In this document: positions 1-12,366 of the stretch, piece by piece | How positions within the stretch are numbered: the stretch's first letter is position 1 | Layout: every line of letters begins with the position of its first letter | Origin: Haliotis cracherodii | Taxonomy: Eukaryota | Assembly (NCBI RefSeq): GCF_022045235.1 | Contig: NW_027266265.1 | Location: 15,190,001-15,254,000, forward strand | Reading direction: 5' to 3' | DNA length: 64,000 nucleotides | Position numbers and translations under genes: made by a program | Notes under the pieces: generated by a model | The model's database searches: none | What the model was told of the DNA's origin: nothing | The model's input: only the letters and a program-made list of their open reading frames with translations

Positions 1-570
1 ATCTGATATGTTCAATAACAGTCAAATAAACAATTCCCTTCTACTGACTTACCCACATAAACTAGAATTAATGAAATCATATGTTTCATATTTAGATGTA
101 TGCATACAGATTCAGAGAGACAAACACTCTCCACAAGAGTATTTGACAAGAGGGATGACTTCAACTTTCTCATATTCTACTTTCCATTTATGTCGAGCAA
201 TATCCCTGCAGCTCGAGCCTTTGCTGTCTGCATTTCATAACCTTAAAAGTACAATCGAGCATGATCTTTCTACGATTTCAAAGACCCCCATACGACTCAA
301 AAGTTGTTTCATCAAGGTTAGAACATTCAAGCCTCAGTAAAGCTTTCCAAATGTTTCTTTGGAAGACATGTTGAGGACATTTCCAAATTTGACGCATCAG
401 TGACAAAAAAGTTATATCCAATGCAAATATCATTTTTTTGGCTCCCCGTGTTTTTTTCAGGTGAACGATTGACATGCTTTTGCATGTGTTTGTTACATGT
501 ACCACCGGTGGGCCAGGATACGCTCACGTTTTTTGAAACTGGTATCATCGCTATTTGATGGTGATTCATA
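1..570 (+). mobile_element. Penelope-like retroelement RT, degraded 3' fragment
   Basis: Frameshifted YP..LE..VSYLD..DKRDDFNF.I..F.FMSSNIP..KLFHQG..F.GRHVEDISK. Homologous to 25320-25950 and 40530-41119. Confidence 0.8.
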
Positions 571-574
571 ATGT

Positions 575-750
575 AAGGCGAAATGGGGTTTAACGTCACG
601 TCCAAGATTATTGCACTTACGTAGCTACGTGCATGCACGTGTGAGTGTGTTTGTGTGGCTGCTTATACCAGTCCGGACTAATGCTGATTTTATGGTGCTA
701 TCCCACTGAGATACTATGCCGCAGTTTAACGTGAATACCCGCTCAGACAC
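575..750 (-). mobile_element. SINE family C, partial
   Basis: Homologous to 58936-59289. Confidence 0.75.
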
Positions 751-1817
751 AAGAAATTGGAAGTGTGAGAAAAAGCCTTCACTCTTTGAAAATTACAATA
801 CTCAACATAATGATTCGCTCACTCTTTATCGAAATCCTGGTATCATAACTATTTGATGTTCGTGATTTAGTCTGACTCGTACAGTGGACATAACTTTTAG
901 CTGACATTTCTTTGGCTTGTGAAATTTCTTTTGTCGCTTTTATTTCAATTATATCAGTTAGGCGTTTGCCTAGAGTTTCACTTCAAATAACCACTTCAAG
1001 ATAACAACCATTATGTTAATGTTTTGTCAGAAAAAAGTTGTCATGCATTTATCGCTGCGATAATATCATGAGAATCATAATATGACGTGTATGATTGTAC
1101 GCAACTGTAGTAACCCAGGCTTTACCCTTTTACGCACAATTAAATCTGTTACCGTGGATAATCAAGACAAATTATTTTCTGACGTTGACGTATATTTTTA
1201 TGTAAAAAGGAAACTTGTAAATTGTATACCTGTGTATTTTACCACCAACATTGCTTCTGCACCATACTTCCAAAACACCCCTCAAAATACCGAATGGATC
1301 ACTCCACTTTGCAATATATAATGCCGTACATGCTTTTCATCTGAGTCAGTATTCTTCAACAGGTCGGTGAGTACTTCATGATGTTTTCAATGTTGAAGCT
1401 GCGAGTTGATATATTGTAGTCGAAATTTAGTTTAAGGAAAAGAAAGATGCATATATTTCGAAACACATTGCAAATGTTTTATTCAGTGAAAGTGAGTGAG
1501 TGAAATTTAACGTCACATCGGCAATATTTCAGCCATATCGTGTCGAAACAGTTATAATAATTATATTTTGATTTAATAAAAAGCTGTCAACGATGGACAG
1601 TAAGATAACTAGAGTATCTCAGTTTTGATTTTAAAACTAGTTGAGAACAGTTAAAAAATTAACAATACAATATAAAAATGGGCTATAGATCACCAGCAAC
1701 CAAAGTTAGGCCACCTTACTAGGGACTGTTCAGTGAAAGACCGCTGACCCAAAATACATACAAAGTATGATCGTGCATGTGCATTTTATTCAGATTTGGA
1801 AATGCGTGAGGTGCACT

Positions 1818-2050
1818 GATATAGCGACGTGCATGCATGTGTGTGTGGCTGCTTATACTTATCTCCATTTCATAGCCCGCTGAGATACCATGCAGCAGTT
1901 TAACATGAATACCCCACTCAGACACAGTATGCTGACTTCGAGCCGACCAATCCTTGTTTTAGATCCTTAATGTTGAGCGCCAGGCAGGGTAACATCAAGC
2001 ATCATATTTTAACGTCTGTTGTTATGACGCGTCCGGGTATTAAAGCCGGG
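1818..2050 (-). mobile_element. SINE family C, partial
   Basis: Body homologous to family C. Confidence 0.75.
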
Positions 2051-2662
2051 ATGTGTTTGCTGAGTGTGGTTTTAAAGCAAGTCATCGAACTGTACGCACG
2101 ACAGTGTGAGCGTCGATTTCAGTGTAAACTCAATGGCCACTTTTAAACATGGCCGTCAGTCGGCTTGTATACCTCTCAGTTGCGCGTTGTGCGGACGTCG
2201 CTTATTTCTTCACACAGTGTTACTTAACTTAATTTTCGTTTTCATTTTTTATATTCATCCAATTCAAAAAGGATATGCACCAGACATCAGTGAAAAATGT
2301 TATTGTTTCTTAATTAACAGTGATGTACATTTTTGCGCACCTCTTTCCGGAATGAAAAGGGGTATTAGCCTACACAAATAAATATGCATATCGTTACGTC
2401 GGTGAATGCAAATAAGGCGTTCACTTATTGCTGACACAGCAGATGGCATATAAAATAAAGGACTGCATAAAACATGAATTATTCTGATATTAATAATTGT
2501 CCATTATAGAATGTTTAAAAATAATATTAGTTTGCTTAAATAACATTTTCCGCATGTTAAATGTAACTGTATGACTATTCTATGACTTTTATATATCACA
2601 TTATATATTATATTCAACAGTTCGAAATCGAAAATGTACATATCAATGTTACAGCACAAGCT

Positions 2663-2803
2663 GAATGTGTTTGGTTTCACACAGTTTTAGGCAACAATCC
2701 AGCAATATCACGACCGAGGACACCATAAATAGGCTTCACATTGTACACATATAGGGAATCGAACCCGTGTCTTCAGCTAGACGAGCGAACGCTTTAGGCT
2801 AGG
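2663..2803 (-). mobile_element. SINE family A (tRNA-Asp-like head), degraded
   Basis: Homologous to the intact copies. Confidence 0.75.
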
Positions 2804-2824
2804 TATCTTAGCGCTTAACTTAAA

Positions 2825-2974
2825 GGGTTAAAGCGTTCGCTCGTCACGCCGAAGACCCGGGTTCGATTCCCGACATGGGTACAATGTGTGAAGCCCATTT
2901 CTGGTGTCCCCTGTCGTGATATTGCTGGAATATTGCTAAATGCAGCGTAAAACCATACTCACTCACTCACTCAC
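2825..2974 (+). mobile_element. SINE family A, 5'-truncated
   Basis: B box GGTTCGATTCC, (ACTC)n tail, TSD ttaacttaaa. Confidence 0.9.
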
Positions 2975-3727
2975 TTAACTTAAATGCAAGTAGGGAACGC
3001 GTTTGTCATCGACAGAATCCAGGGGCGAGATAACACATGTGCACCCGACCTTGACACAATATATCTACAATATGACGTTTACGTCAGTTGGATTAATATT
3101 AAATTTGCTGTCATGGAATGTTTTGGTAGGATGACCAGAAGATTTACATGTAAGAGGCCCAAGTTCACTGTAATGTGTTGCTTACCTTGATGATTGTGGC
3201 CATTTTTTCAAATCAAATGGTTTTAATTTGATTAGTATGGTACTGGAGTTTTCAGCACCGTGACGTATGTTTCACTAACGTTGCAGTCATTGTCTGACAC
3301 ACAATGAAACAGTGTGTTCACGGTAGTTCTTGTGTAAACCATGCAGACTGGTAACGCATTATTTCCGTGTCAATTATGCATACATTTTAAAAAGAGGCTC
3401 GCAGACGCTGAGAAGGTTGATTCTGTGACGCTTCGAATCTAAGACAATCACATTAGTGGTGTCATTCATTATACATAATACTATTTAAAATAGAACGTAT
3501 AAAAGCTTTAAAACTTTCCAATGACATTTATCCACTTTTTCAAATGATTGATAAATTCCTCACCATTTTCACCAAATATATGCAGTTTTCATGTTCAGGT
3601 GCTATTGTAGGTTCAACATTATACAAACTTGAGCTGCATATAGGTTCACTAATTGGAAGAACAGGTTTCTTTTCAGATGTAACATAGATGACTATGGCGT
3701 AAAACAACTCACTCTACTTTTGAATTA

Positions 3728-5979
3728 ATGGCCATGGAGAACTCCACCGACCTGTCACGTGAACAAGATGCAAATGATATAGTTACTTTTCTATATGGAC
3801 GCAATGACAGCACATCCGAGACTATTGTCAGTGGCTTTTCCAAGTTTAGCCAGGTCTATGAAAAGGTGACTCAAATTTCAGTTGATTCATGATCAATTAT
3901 CCTAAAGCTGCCAAACTATCTGAAATGTGTCGGTAAATATTTTTAAATGGGGATCAAACAAAATACCGCGTACATGTACATAACCTTGAAATACACGACA
4001 CCGTTTTATTGATAACAACTTCTTTTATACATTTTAACGACGATTCAGAGCTACGTCTTGTCCTATATTAAGTGTGAAGTACATTTATACAGGTTTTTAA
4101 AGCAGTGAACTTCAACGGATATGTGGAAACAGCCCGGACTGCCGCCGAGTTGTTTCCCAGCAAGAGAGAGGATGTAAACATTCTAGACGTAGCTGCAGGA
4201 ACTGGGCTTTGTGCAGGCGAGGTAAACAGATGGCTTCACAATTATTCAAAGACTTGATCATGACAGCGCACAATATTTAATACCACTGTGAGGCTGTTCT
4301 TATAACGTATGTAACAGAACCAATTATGCGCAGAGTTAACAAGTTGTTGAAGTATGTTCCATCTGAGGTTGAATGCCCAGGAGAATAGCCGGCATCATCC
4401 TTTCCCTTGGATTGGCCTCTTGATGTCAAAGGATAAGTCAACATAATGTATAAACAAACTGGAATACTTGTAATTTGAGCAAAACAACATCAGCATAAGA
4501 GTCCCGTCGCCAGAGCAGAGCCCCTTTAAACTAAGACCGATATCACAGCTGTTTTCTTCCTGGTCATGGTACGTAAGGAGGTAACTTTCGTCTGAGGCAA
4601 AATGAAATTTCTGATTGTGACAAATAAGTAAGTAAGAAGTTTTCTTTGATTGTCCCTTCATAACATAGGGCAAACTTATAATCATACTGTTACGTTCAGC
4701 GGGTTTCCCAAAGTTCACCAAGCATCAAACACAATGAGTACAGTATTGTATATCTATTTCGGGCCAGAGTCGTTCCCCTGGACCCAATGCTGTTGAAAAG
4801 GGTATCGGGTGTCCTGGTTTGATGATTTAGCTCAGTGGGTACCATCGTGTCCCCATGGCAAGGGTCGTCGCTTTCTTGATAGCTCAATCTTATAATATTT
4901 ACATGCAAATCTTTAGTTTGATTATCTGGTAGCTTTTGTTAATTGAGATGATTGTTTTGTGATATTATTAATAAATCATTTAAGTATTTCATTACTTGAT
5001 ATCATCGTGCCCCCATGGCAAGGATCGTCGCTTCTTTGATTGCTCAGTATTATATTTACATGCGAATTCGTTTGTTTGATTCTCATGCATCTTTTGTTAA
5101 TAAATTGAGATGATTTATTTATTATATTATTATATAAACGAATATTTCAGTACTTTCTTATTTCTTTACATCTGTAGTTTTGCATTGCAGCTTTACACTC
5201 ATGGTTTTCGGAAACTGGATGCGCTTGACCCATCGATGGGGATGCTGGATGAGGCGAGAAAGAAGGCACTGTATAACCAATACTTCAATGTAGCAATGGG
5301 AGAAAACACTTTAGACATTGAAAGTGGTACGTGAATATTTCTTGTATTTCCTATTTTCGGTGTACACTATTTTCTATGTATTCTCTGTTTGTTCTGTGTA
5401 TGTGATAAAAACATGTTACAGATACCTACGACGCAGTAACGATATCAGGGATGAGCACAGTGATAATGAAACAGCTGCCGTTAAAAGCATTTGAGGAGCT
5501 CATCCGTATTGTAAAACCAGGTAAAAATGAATTCAATTCGCTTGTCAAAAACGTTGATTGCAATACTAGAGGAATAATTGCTAATGGTGTTTGTGCAAGT
5601 TTTATGAAACCAAAGAGTCACAATGACTAACATGAATCAGGGGATTACTCGCTCGCGTTAATATTACGATGACGACGCTGGCATGGTGTAAGTCTCTCTG
5701 TATTAGCGCGTACATTGTATTGTATCTAGACTTACCATACGAATGAACTCATACAGAACCATGAACATTTCATATGTTATTTTCTGTCCAGGAGGCTACA
5801 TCATCAATGCAACATTTTACAAAGTGTTCCCAGAAGATGGAGACGAGCATGCCCAAATGTTTAGAAGTAACATGAAGACCTTGACGACTCAGGGAAAATG
5901 GGAGCAATTTCAATTTCGGCGTTTCAAGGAATATGTGCAAGGAGAAGATGGTGCAGTTTCAACCCACAGAGTCCTATAG
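3728..5979 (+). CDS. METTL27: Methyltransferase-like protein 27 (WBSCR27)-like class I SAM-dependent methyltransferase, ~229 aa; coding exons 3728-3865, 4093-4221, 5191-5326, 5422-5520, 5792-5979
   Basis: Manual splicing at GT-AG sites keeps one frame (phases 0,0,1,1): MAMENSTDLS...SQVYEK|VFKAVNF...NILDVAAGTGLCAGE|LYTHGFRKLDALDPSMGMLDEARKKALY...|DTYDAVTISG...FEELIRIVKPG|GYIINA...HRVL*. Contains SAM motif I (LDVAAGTG), the acidic post-I motif, and ELIRIVKPGG. The symbol is family-level; this may be a paralog. Confidence 0.88.
4320..4720 (-). mobile_element. Very degraded RT-like relic in methyltransferase intron 2
   Basis: YVDLSFDI resembles the SYLDL motif of the Penelope-like RTs. Weak match. 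Confidence 0.25.
4839..5115. repeat. Diverged tandem duplication, ~160-bp period, in methyltransferase intron 2
   Basis: catcgtg(t/c)ccccatggcaagg(g/a)tcgtcgctt at ~4844 and ~5003. Confidence 0.8.
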
Positions 5980-6234
5980 AACACATGGTCACTTTATCAC
6001 AAAAAACGAATCTTTACTTTTGTCCTGCGTTATCACAACCTATTGTCTGCTATAGGTTTTGCATGTGTATGGTTACTACCTGCTAGTTCCTGACACTCTC
6101 TATATAGCTACATTTCTAGACGGAATCAAGAAGAATTTGTAAATGGTAGCCTATAGAAGTGGATGTTTGTGTTGTACTTCAAAGTTACAAGTGTTGTTTG
6201 CTATATGTTTTGTGTATGGTTATTACATGCTGGT

Positions 6235-6950
6235 TCTTGTAAATGGTAGTCTCTCCTGAAATACATCTCAGCTGCAGTACCCCAAGGTTCTGTCCTAGGT
6301 CCCTTTTTATTCTTTGGATTTATGGACTATTTGGCTGATAATCTCCGATGACTCATCTGTTGGTGGATCGTCTGTTAGAATTAACTACTAATTAACTTGT
6401 ATGATATTTATCTTACCTCTACAACAGGGCATCAACAAAGTTTAATCCCGACAAAATAACATCAATATTCAGTCACACAAACAAGGTTCCTAATATGGTC
6501 TATAATAATATATGTTTTCATCCTTTTAATACCCATAAACACCTTGGTGTTATTTTATCTCAAGTTCTGAAATGGTCTGCCCATATTGATAGTATATTAA
6601 GCAAATCTGCATCTAAAATGATATTTTCTTTGCGAAAACTTATGTACTAGATAGATCAACATCACCTGTAGTACATAGTTTAAACAGCCTATTCTTGGCC
6701 CTGATAACATTGAAACGATTCAATTGGAAGCGATAGAATAGTTGCTGATCTTGCTAAATTCGAATCTCGAACTAGCTTATATTATGAAACAGGCTGGGAA
6801 ACACAATCAAAGAGACGTGACACTATGTATTTTATACATGTTAACAACTTGTGAAAAAGTCTTTAGTTTTTTCTCGAATGTCCTAATAATGATAATGCCA
6901 TTACAATTTCATGATGTAACGTATATAATTTCTCAATCCAAACATGTTTT
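6235..6950 (+). mobile_element. CR1/L2/Jockey-group LINE RT relic
   Basis: AVPQGSVLGPFLF (6272-6311), KFNPDK, HKHLGVIL, LKWSAHID. Many stops. Confidence 0.75.
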
Positions 6951-7239
6951 GACGGTCTTATTTCATGCTCTTGAATACAATTTGTTAAAGTTTTAATTAA
7001 GTTATGTTTGATATTTACGCCGGTGTCCACTGCCTGTTATGGAAAGGACGTCGGAAGTTGGCAAACTTTTGCCCAATTTGAACTTCAATGCCAATAAAAT
7101 ATATCATATACACGTCGTTCATTTTTGATTGAAAACTCGGCCATCTATTAGACATTCCCGAATGTTCTCTTGTTCAATTTTCCAATTTTGCATCGAGGAC
7201 TTTTTCAGAGCGTAGTCTGAAATGAAAAACACGCCAGTT

Positions 7240-7622
7240 TGTAACTAATGTTATATTTGGGATAACACTTTCTTAGTAAAGTACAGATTCTAGTACTTTT
7301 TTGGGTTGAGTCCCGTCCGGGATTCGAACCCACACCTGTCAGGGTGAGGCACCTAATCGCCAGCACACAAAGTCAGCGATCTAACCCACTCAGCCACCGA
7401 GCCTTCCACAAAAATGAGAGTCCGACAACTGGTAGTCTAGATCACGTACTTTGAGTACCCTCCCATGGCCGAAAGCTATGAATACACAATGCCATTTAGA
7501 AAGTGGTCAAATGTAACTAATGTTATATTTGGGATAACACTTTCTTAGTAACGTACAGATTTTAGTACTTTTTTGGGTTGAGTCCCTAGTACTAGAATCT
7601 GTACTTTACTAAGAAAGTGTTA
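7240..7622 (-). mobile_element. tRNA-containing element with ~74-bp direct repeats and a terminal inverted segment
   Basis: 7240-7314 is repeated at 7512-7586. A tRNA-like A box and B box lie on the minus strand at 7310-7404. 7588-7622 is an inverted copy of part of the repeat. Confidence 0.6.
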
Positions 7623-8079
7623 CTGAAATTAGTTTGAAAACTAATGGAAGTCTTTATGAGCCAGATCAGGAGAAAAAGGTGGGTGCTGAAGGAGTTCAAA
7701 GCCACAGTCGTGTATTTTTACCATGACAATGACTGATTTGTGCATTAGCGCATTGTCCTGATAGAAGAGCACGCCTTTTCACAACTTCCCACGTCTCAAT
7801 TCCATCCCCTAATTGCCACAGAAGTGTAGGATAATATGCTCCGCTTATTGTCTGGCATTTTGGAAGATAGTATATTCCACAAATTTGTTGATGCCGCATA
7901 ACATCATGTAATGTCCTCAACAAAATTTGTCACTGTTACACAATTCATTCTGCGTAGGGCTCAGAACGTACCAATCAACCTACATGTATGTATATATGAT
8001 GAGTGTATGTTTCGGTTGATGGAATGTCAACGTATCCGAATATTGTATATCGATGGTCATGATGTCAAACCCTTATTTT

Positions 8080-8292
8080 GTTGTTGTTGTTGTTGTTGTT
8101 TAACGCCACGCCCAGCAATATTCCATCTATATGACGGCGGTCTGTAAATAATCGAGTCTGGACAAGACAATCCAGTGATTGACATCATGCGTATCGATCC
8201 ACGCAGTTTGGATACGATGGCATGCATCAACCAAGTCAGCGAGTCTGATCACCCGATCCCGTAAGTCGCCTCCTGCGACAAGCATAGTCATC
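8080..8292 (-). mobile_element. Family B SINE-like retroposon, partial
   Basis: Homologous to 15767-16038. Confidence 0.85.
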
Positions 8293-8311
8293 ATTTACGG
8301 AAACATGCCAA

Positions 8312-8400
8312 ACACTGGATTGTCTGGTCCGGACTCGGATTATTCACAGACCGCCATAATAAAACTGGAATATTGCTGAGTGCGGTCTTAAACAACAAAC
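8312..8400 (+). mobile_element. Family B 3' fragment, inverted relative to its neighbour
   Basis: cactggattgtctggtcc...gaatattgctgagtgcgg..aaacaacaaac. Confidence 0.8.
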
Positions 8401-9349
8401 GAATATTTTGTATAGATATAAAATCTAGCTAATTCAACTATTCGATAACTATTAGATAAACACGGAATCGTACAATGGAATCTGTTGTTATGAGAGCTTT
8501 CTTATGGTTATGGAAAAATGGTTTCCGCTTCTAATTTAGGGGACCGATACTGAGTATAACAGCGAATATAATGGGGGCAGAGGGCTGGAATTATTGTTTG
8601 GAGATCTATTTTCGTTCTGTCATTACTTCAAAGACGTACAATTTACTTAGCTTGGCAAATGGCATATTTACCCAAAATACAACTCTCTGTTGGTCCATCA
8701 AGTGAACAAATTATGTTTTGATAAAACTTGATTGGTCTTCTTTTTTCCCTTTGTTTCAGAAAACACACGTCTTTTTTTGTTACTTCGAGTTTTAGTTCTT
8801 AACCTGAAAAAAATCCCACCAGACACTATGTCAATGCTTTGGGATTTTTTCGTGCGTAAGAACAGATTCTCAGTAAAGTGATCATTGTCATGCCCGGCCT
8901 TAGTATTTGGCATTCAGTTCCATGCTGACCCCGTATGTCTGGTCTTGGTTCTTATCTGAAGGTTCAGGACATTCATAATGCCTATAGATAAATAGATGGC
9001 CTTGCAAAAATTTCCTTCATGCTATGGACAGCAGTGCTATTGAATGATTTATAAATAACTAAGGGACCGTCGATTAGAATTTAGAAGGATCCTGATTTTT
9101 AATATATAATAACTTCTCACAGAAATACTGGAACAGAATAATGTGGCTTCACGTTTTATAGTCGAAATCATAAAATTTACTTATCAGATTACATATTAAT
9201 TATGATTCTGGAAAGAGTTTTGTCACTTTAAGTAAGAAAGAAACACGTATAGTGGATGAACCTGATGAGTGAGTGAGTGAGTAAAATATTTAACATCGCA
9301 TCGTTATTATTTCACTCATAAAGCCACGATGAAATCTGGGTAGTCCCTT

Positions 9350-9575
9350 CGAGGTGAAATGAGGTGAAATGGGATTTAACGTCGCATTCAAATTATTGCA
9401 CTCATAGCGACGTGCATGATCTTGTGTTGCTGCTTGTAGTCCGGACAAATGCCTTTTTGTAGTGCTTGCCCACATTCCGCAGTTTATGATGGATGCCTCA
9501 CTGAGACAGAGTCTACGAGTCCTTGCTTTGTCCCATTGATGTCGAGCGCCGGGAACTGTGACAACAAATACATCT
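9350..9575 (-). mobile_element. SINE family C, degraded
   Basis: (GAGGT) tail and partial body. Confidence 0.6.
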
Positions 9576-10169
9576 TGTAAATAAATGTATGTCGGTCGGT
9601 TGTCCATTTTCAGCATATACCTAGACGTTGTAAGTAGTGCTTTCTGTACAACTGACGAATGGTCACTGTGCAATAAATTATGATACTGTCAGTGATTATA
9701 TGTTTGATAGTGATTTATAAACACATGCTTATGATATACATGTTATCGAATTCGTACAATCGACTCTGCTTTTGGCAGAGATTTCCAATGAATATGGAAA
9801 GTATTTTGTGTTTTTTTATTTATTTCACAGATAATGCCAAGTACATGAGGATCTTTCTGCATCATGTTGACATATTCTAGGCTAAATGTTTAGCGGAAAA
9901 TTAACATCTGTTCCTGGTCCTAAAAAACACCAAGAAATACAATACGCTTAACATTTTGAGTTGTTTCACTCCCACCTTGCTCGAGAAAAGACATTATTCA
10001 ATTAATCTATACATGTTGGCACTCTGACACATGACCTTCAGTGTCAAACCAAGGTAACAAACTAGGTCTTAAGGCAAAATGCTCTGATATGACTGATTCA
10101 GCCCCTGTTTCTCGCGGAAGGTCAGGCCTATACGTACTTCGCCTGACAAACTCCAGAATGCCAACATCA

Positions 10170-10935
10170 AGGAACGACTTCGGGCAGAATACAAATGTAG
10201 ACTTAAGAAAATCTGGAGTTCTGAGCGCGAACGCTCACAATAAAGTCAAAGGCACAAATACTTAAACTGTACCCGACCCGATTCTGTTGGTGTTGTTGAT
10301 TGGACGAAACGACATTTTGGGCATTGCCAACCACCCTCGCTCTTCACTTAATCGCTTATATTTACCAATTATAATGGGAGGGCGTGGTTTGATTAACGTG
10401 CAGGCTCTTCACGATATAATTGTATTGTGCACCCTTTCTACAAAGTTATTTGCCTGATGATCCTCTTATGAAGCTGTTCAAAATGATGAAAGCACTCATG
10501 ATGAAAACGAGGCATTTCACAGTTTTCTTAAACGGGCCAAGGATGTAGGTTTTCATTTCAATGTCAGTGTTGATTTTGTTGATGGTTCTGTACTGTTGGA
10601 GGGTACGGAAATGAGTGTCGACTAAGCTAAGTGCCACATCAAATCGGCACAGGTTTGGTTTCTCAAGGAGAGGCTCTCTTAACAACCACTGCATTGAGGA
10701 TATGTGCAGTGTGTTGAGATGATCAGCAACCCCGCTTGGCGTAAAACGTGAAACAGAAGGTTTTCTGATTGCTGCTCAGGACTTGTCACTACCCACTCGA
10801 TTTTGCATCAAAATGTAAATATGAAATGTAGAAAATATGAAATGTAGATTTTGCAAATGAATTTACTGAGACTGTCCAACACATTGTCTGTGGATGCTCA
10901 GCTTCAGCACAAACACAGTATCTTAAGCTACATGC
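10170..10935 (+). mobile_element. R4/Dong-like (RLE-type) non-LTR retrotransposon relic
   Basis: NKVKGTNT, RLYLP..MGGRGLINV, ETEGFLIAAQD (~10750) and CCHC-type CRFCxxxxETVQHIVCGC..YLKLH. Confidence 0.75.
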
Positions 10936-11194
10936 TTCAAAGTCATGTGCGGGCGCATTAATGATGGGCGAGTGTCAAATTAGGAGATAAACAATTAAGT
11001 GAGAGTGTGTTTTATAATGTCTTTGGTGTCCGCTTCCGACCTTTTGATTAACGAAAATTCTGTATCCCGATTACAAGGTTTTTTGTTACAAGTTTTCTTC
11101 GACCTCGTGAAGGAAAAGACTTCAATATGTTTTTGTGTATGTTTTCGACCCCATAAAGGCCGAAAAGTATCCCCGTTCCAATGTGTTTTTGGTG

Positions 11195-11440
11195 TGGTTG
11201 GTTGGTTTGTTGTTCAACGCCGCACTCAGCAATATTCCAGCTATATGACGGCGGTCTGTAAATAATCGAATCTGGACCAGACAATGCAGTGATTAATATC
11301 ATGAGCATCGATCCACGCAATTGGGATCGATGATATGCATCAACCAAGCCAGCGAGCCTGACCACCCGATCCCGTTAGTCGCCTTTTACGACAAGCATAG
11401 TCACCTTTTACGGCAAGCATGGGTTGCTGAAGACCTTATT
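11195..11440 (-). mobile_element. Family B retroposon
   Basis: Homologous to the full-length copies. Confidence 0.88.
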
Positions 11441-12255
11441 GAGGCTTCGTTATTACAGCAAAGTTTGTGTCCCTAGTTACGCTAAGTAACATGGAGTAGG
11501 AAGAGGGATGAGAACAGTAACAATAACAGTAACAATAACCGTAACAGTATTTCCACACACGGGACTGAGAAAATTGTCCTCACCTTCTGGTACAGCCATC
11601 TGAGCATGATCAAATGTTACGCTACCTATGGATTAGTGAACTTGTGTTGTTTTCATGGCAGTGCTGATCTTGATCAACTCGACAAAGCCGCTTCGAGTGT
11701 TCACTATCCGTCTTACATTTCAGGCCTGGATTCTGATGACGTTTGTTTCCGGCTCTTCAAATGAGTTTCGTTGAATGAAGTGCTCTGTTGGAAAGAACAT
11801 TTATTTAATATTGTCGAGTTGCTGTACACTATACCTCGAAGATATGCATGAATTTTCCCTTGAATATGTTTCTATGGTATACATCTGAACCACTGGAAAG
11901 TTCTGTTTGCTGAACACAGTGCTTCTGCCAGTCAGTGATCATGGAAAAATACTCCCTTTTGCAAGTCCAATGCGTTGTTCATTCATTACGCTAGAGAAAC
12001 ATATAGTCTTTGGGTTAACATTATGACCTCAATCAGTGACCTTATTGAACCCCCTTAAGAAACGTGCATGACAAGAGAGGTGAAATGTTCCTTCAGTAAT
12101 CCCTTTGTCTTTTAATTTTGATTAAAGGAGTGTTTATTAGTATTGGCACGTTGGCAGTAGCAGTAGAAGCAGAAGCAGTCTGTAAAGTTGTAATCAAAGT
12201 AGTAGCGCTAGTGTTTTTGTTGTTTCTAAATGCTTTACACAATATTTACCATCTG

Positions 12256-12363
12256 TGCCCCGTTCCAATAAGCGATGATAGCGCTTAGGCTACAGTAACG
12301 GCCACACGTTAACATTGACTTACGACAGTCGTAGCGCTAAGATAGCTTTGTTGAACAGTGCCT
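12256..12363. mobile_element. Short MITE-like foldback relic
   Basis: Imperfect inverted ends gccccgttccaataagc / gctttgttgaacagtgc, with internal tagcgct repeats. Confidence 0.35.
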
Positions 12364-12366
12364 AGG

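Noticed and set aside
7445-7480. Possible hammerhead core (ctttgag...ggccgaaa); also CTGATGA at ~14674 and ~18555
   Set aside because: The CUGANGA core, stem II and GAAA cannot be assembled with flanking stems.
11720-11945. Two possible minus-strand exons
   Set aside because: The implied intron is only ~50 nt and no recognisable protein results.
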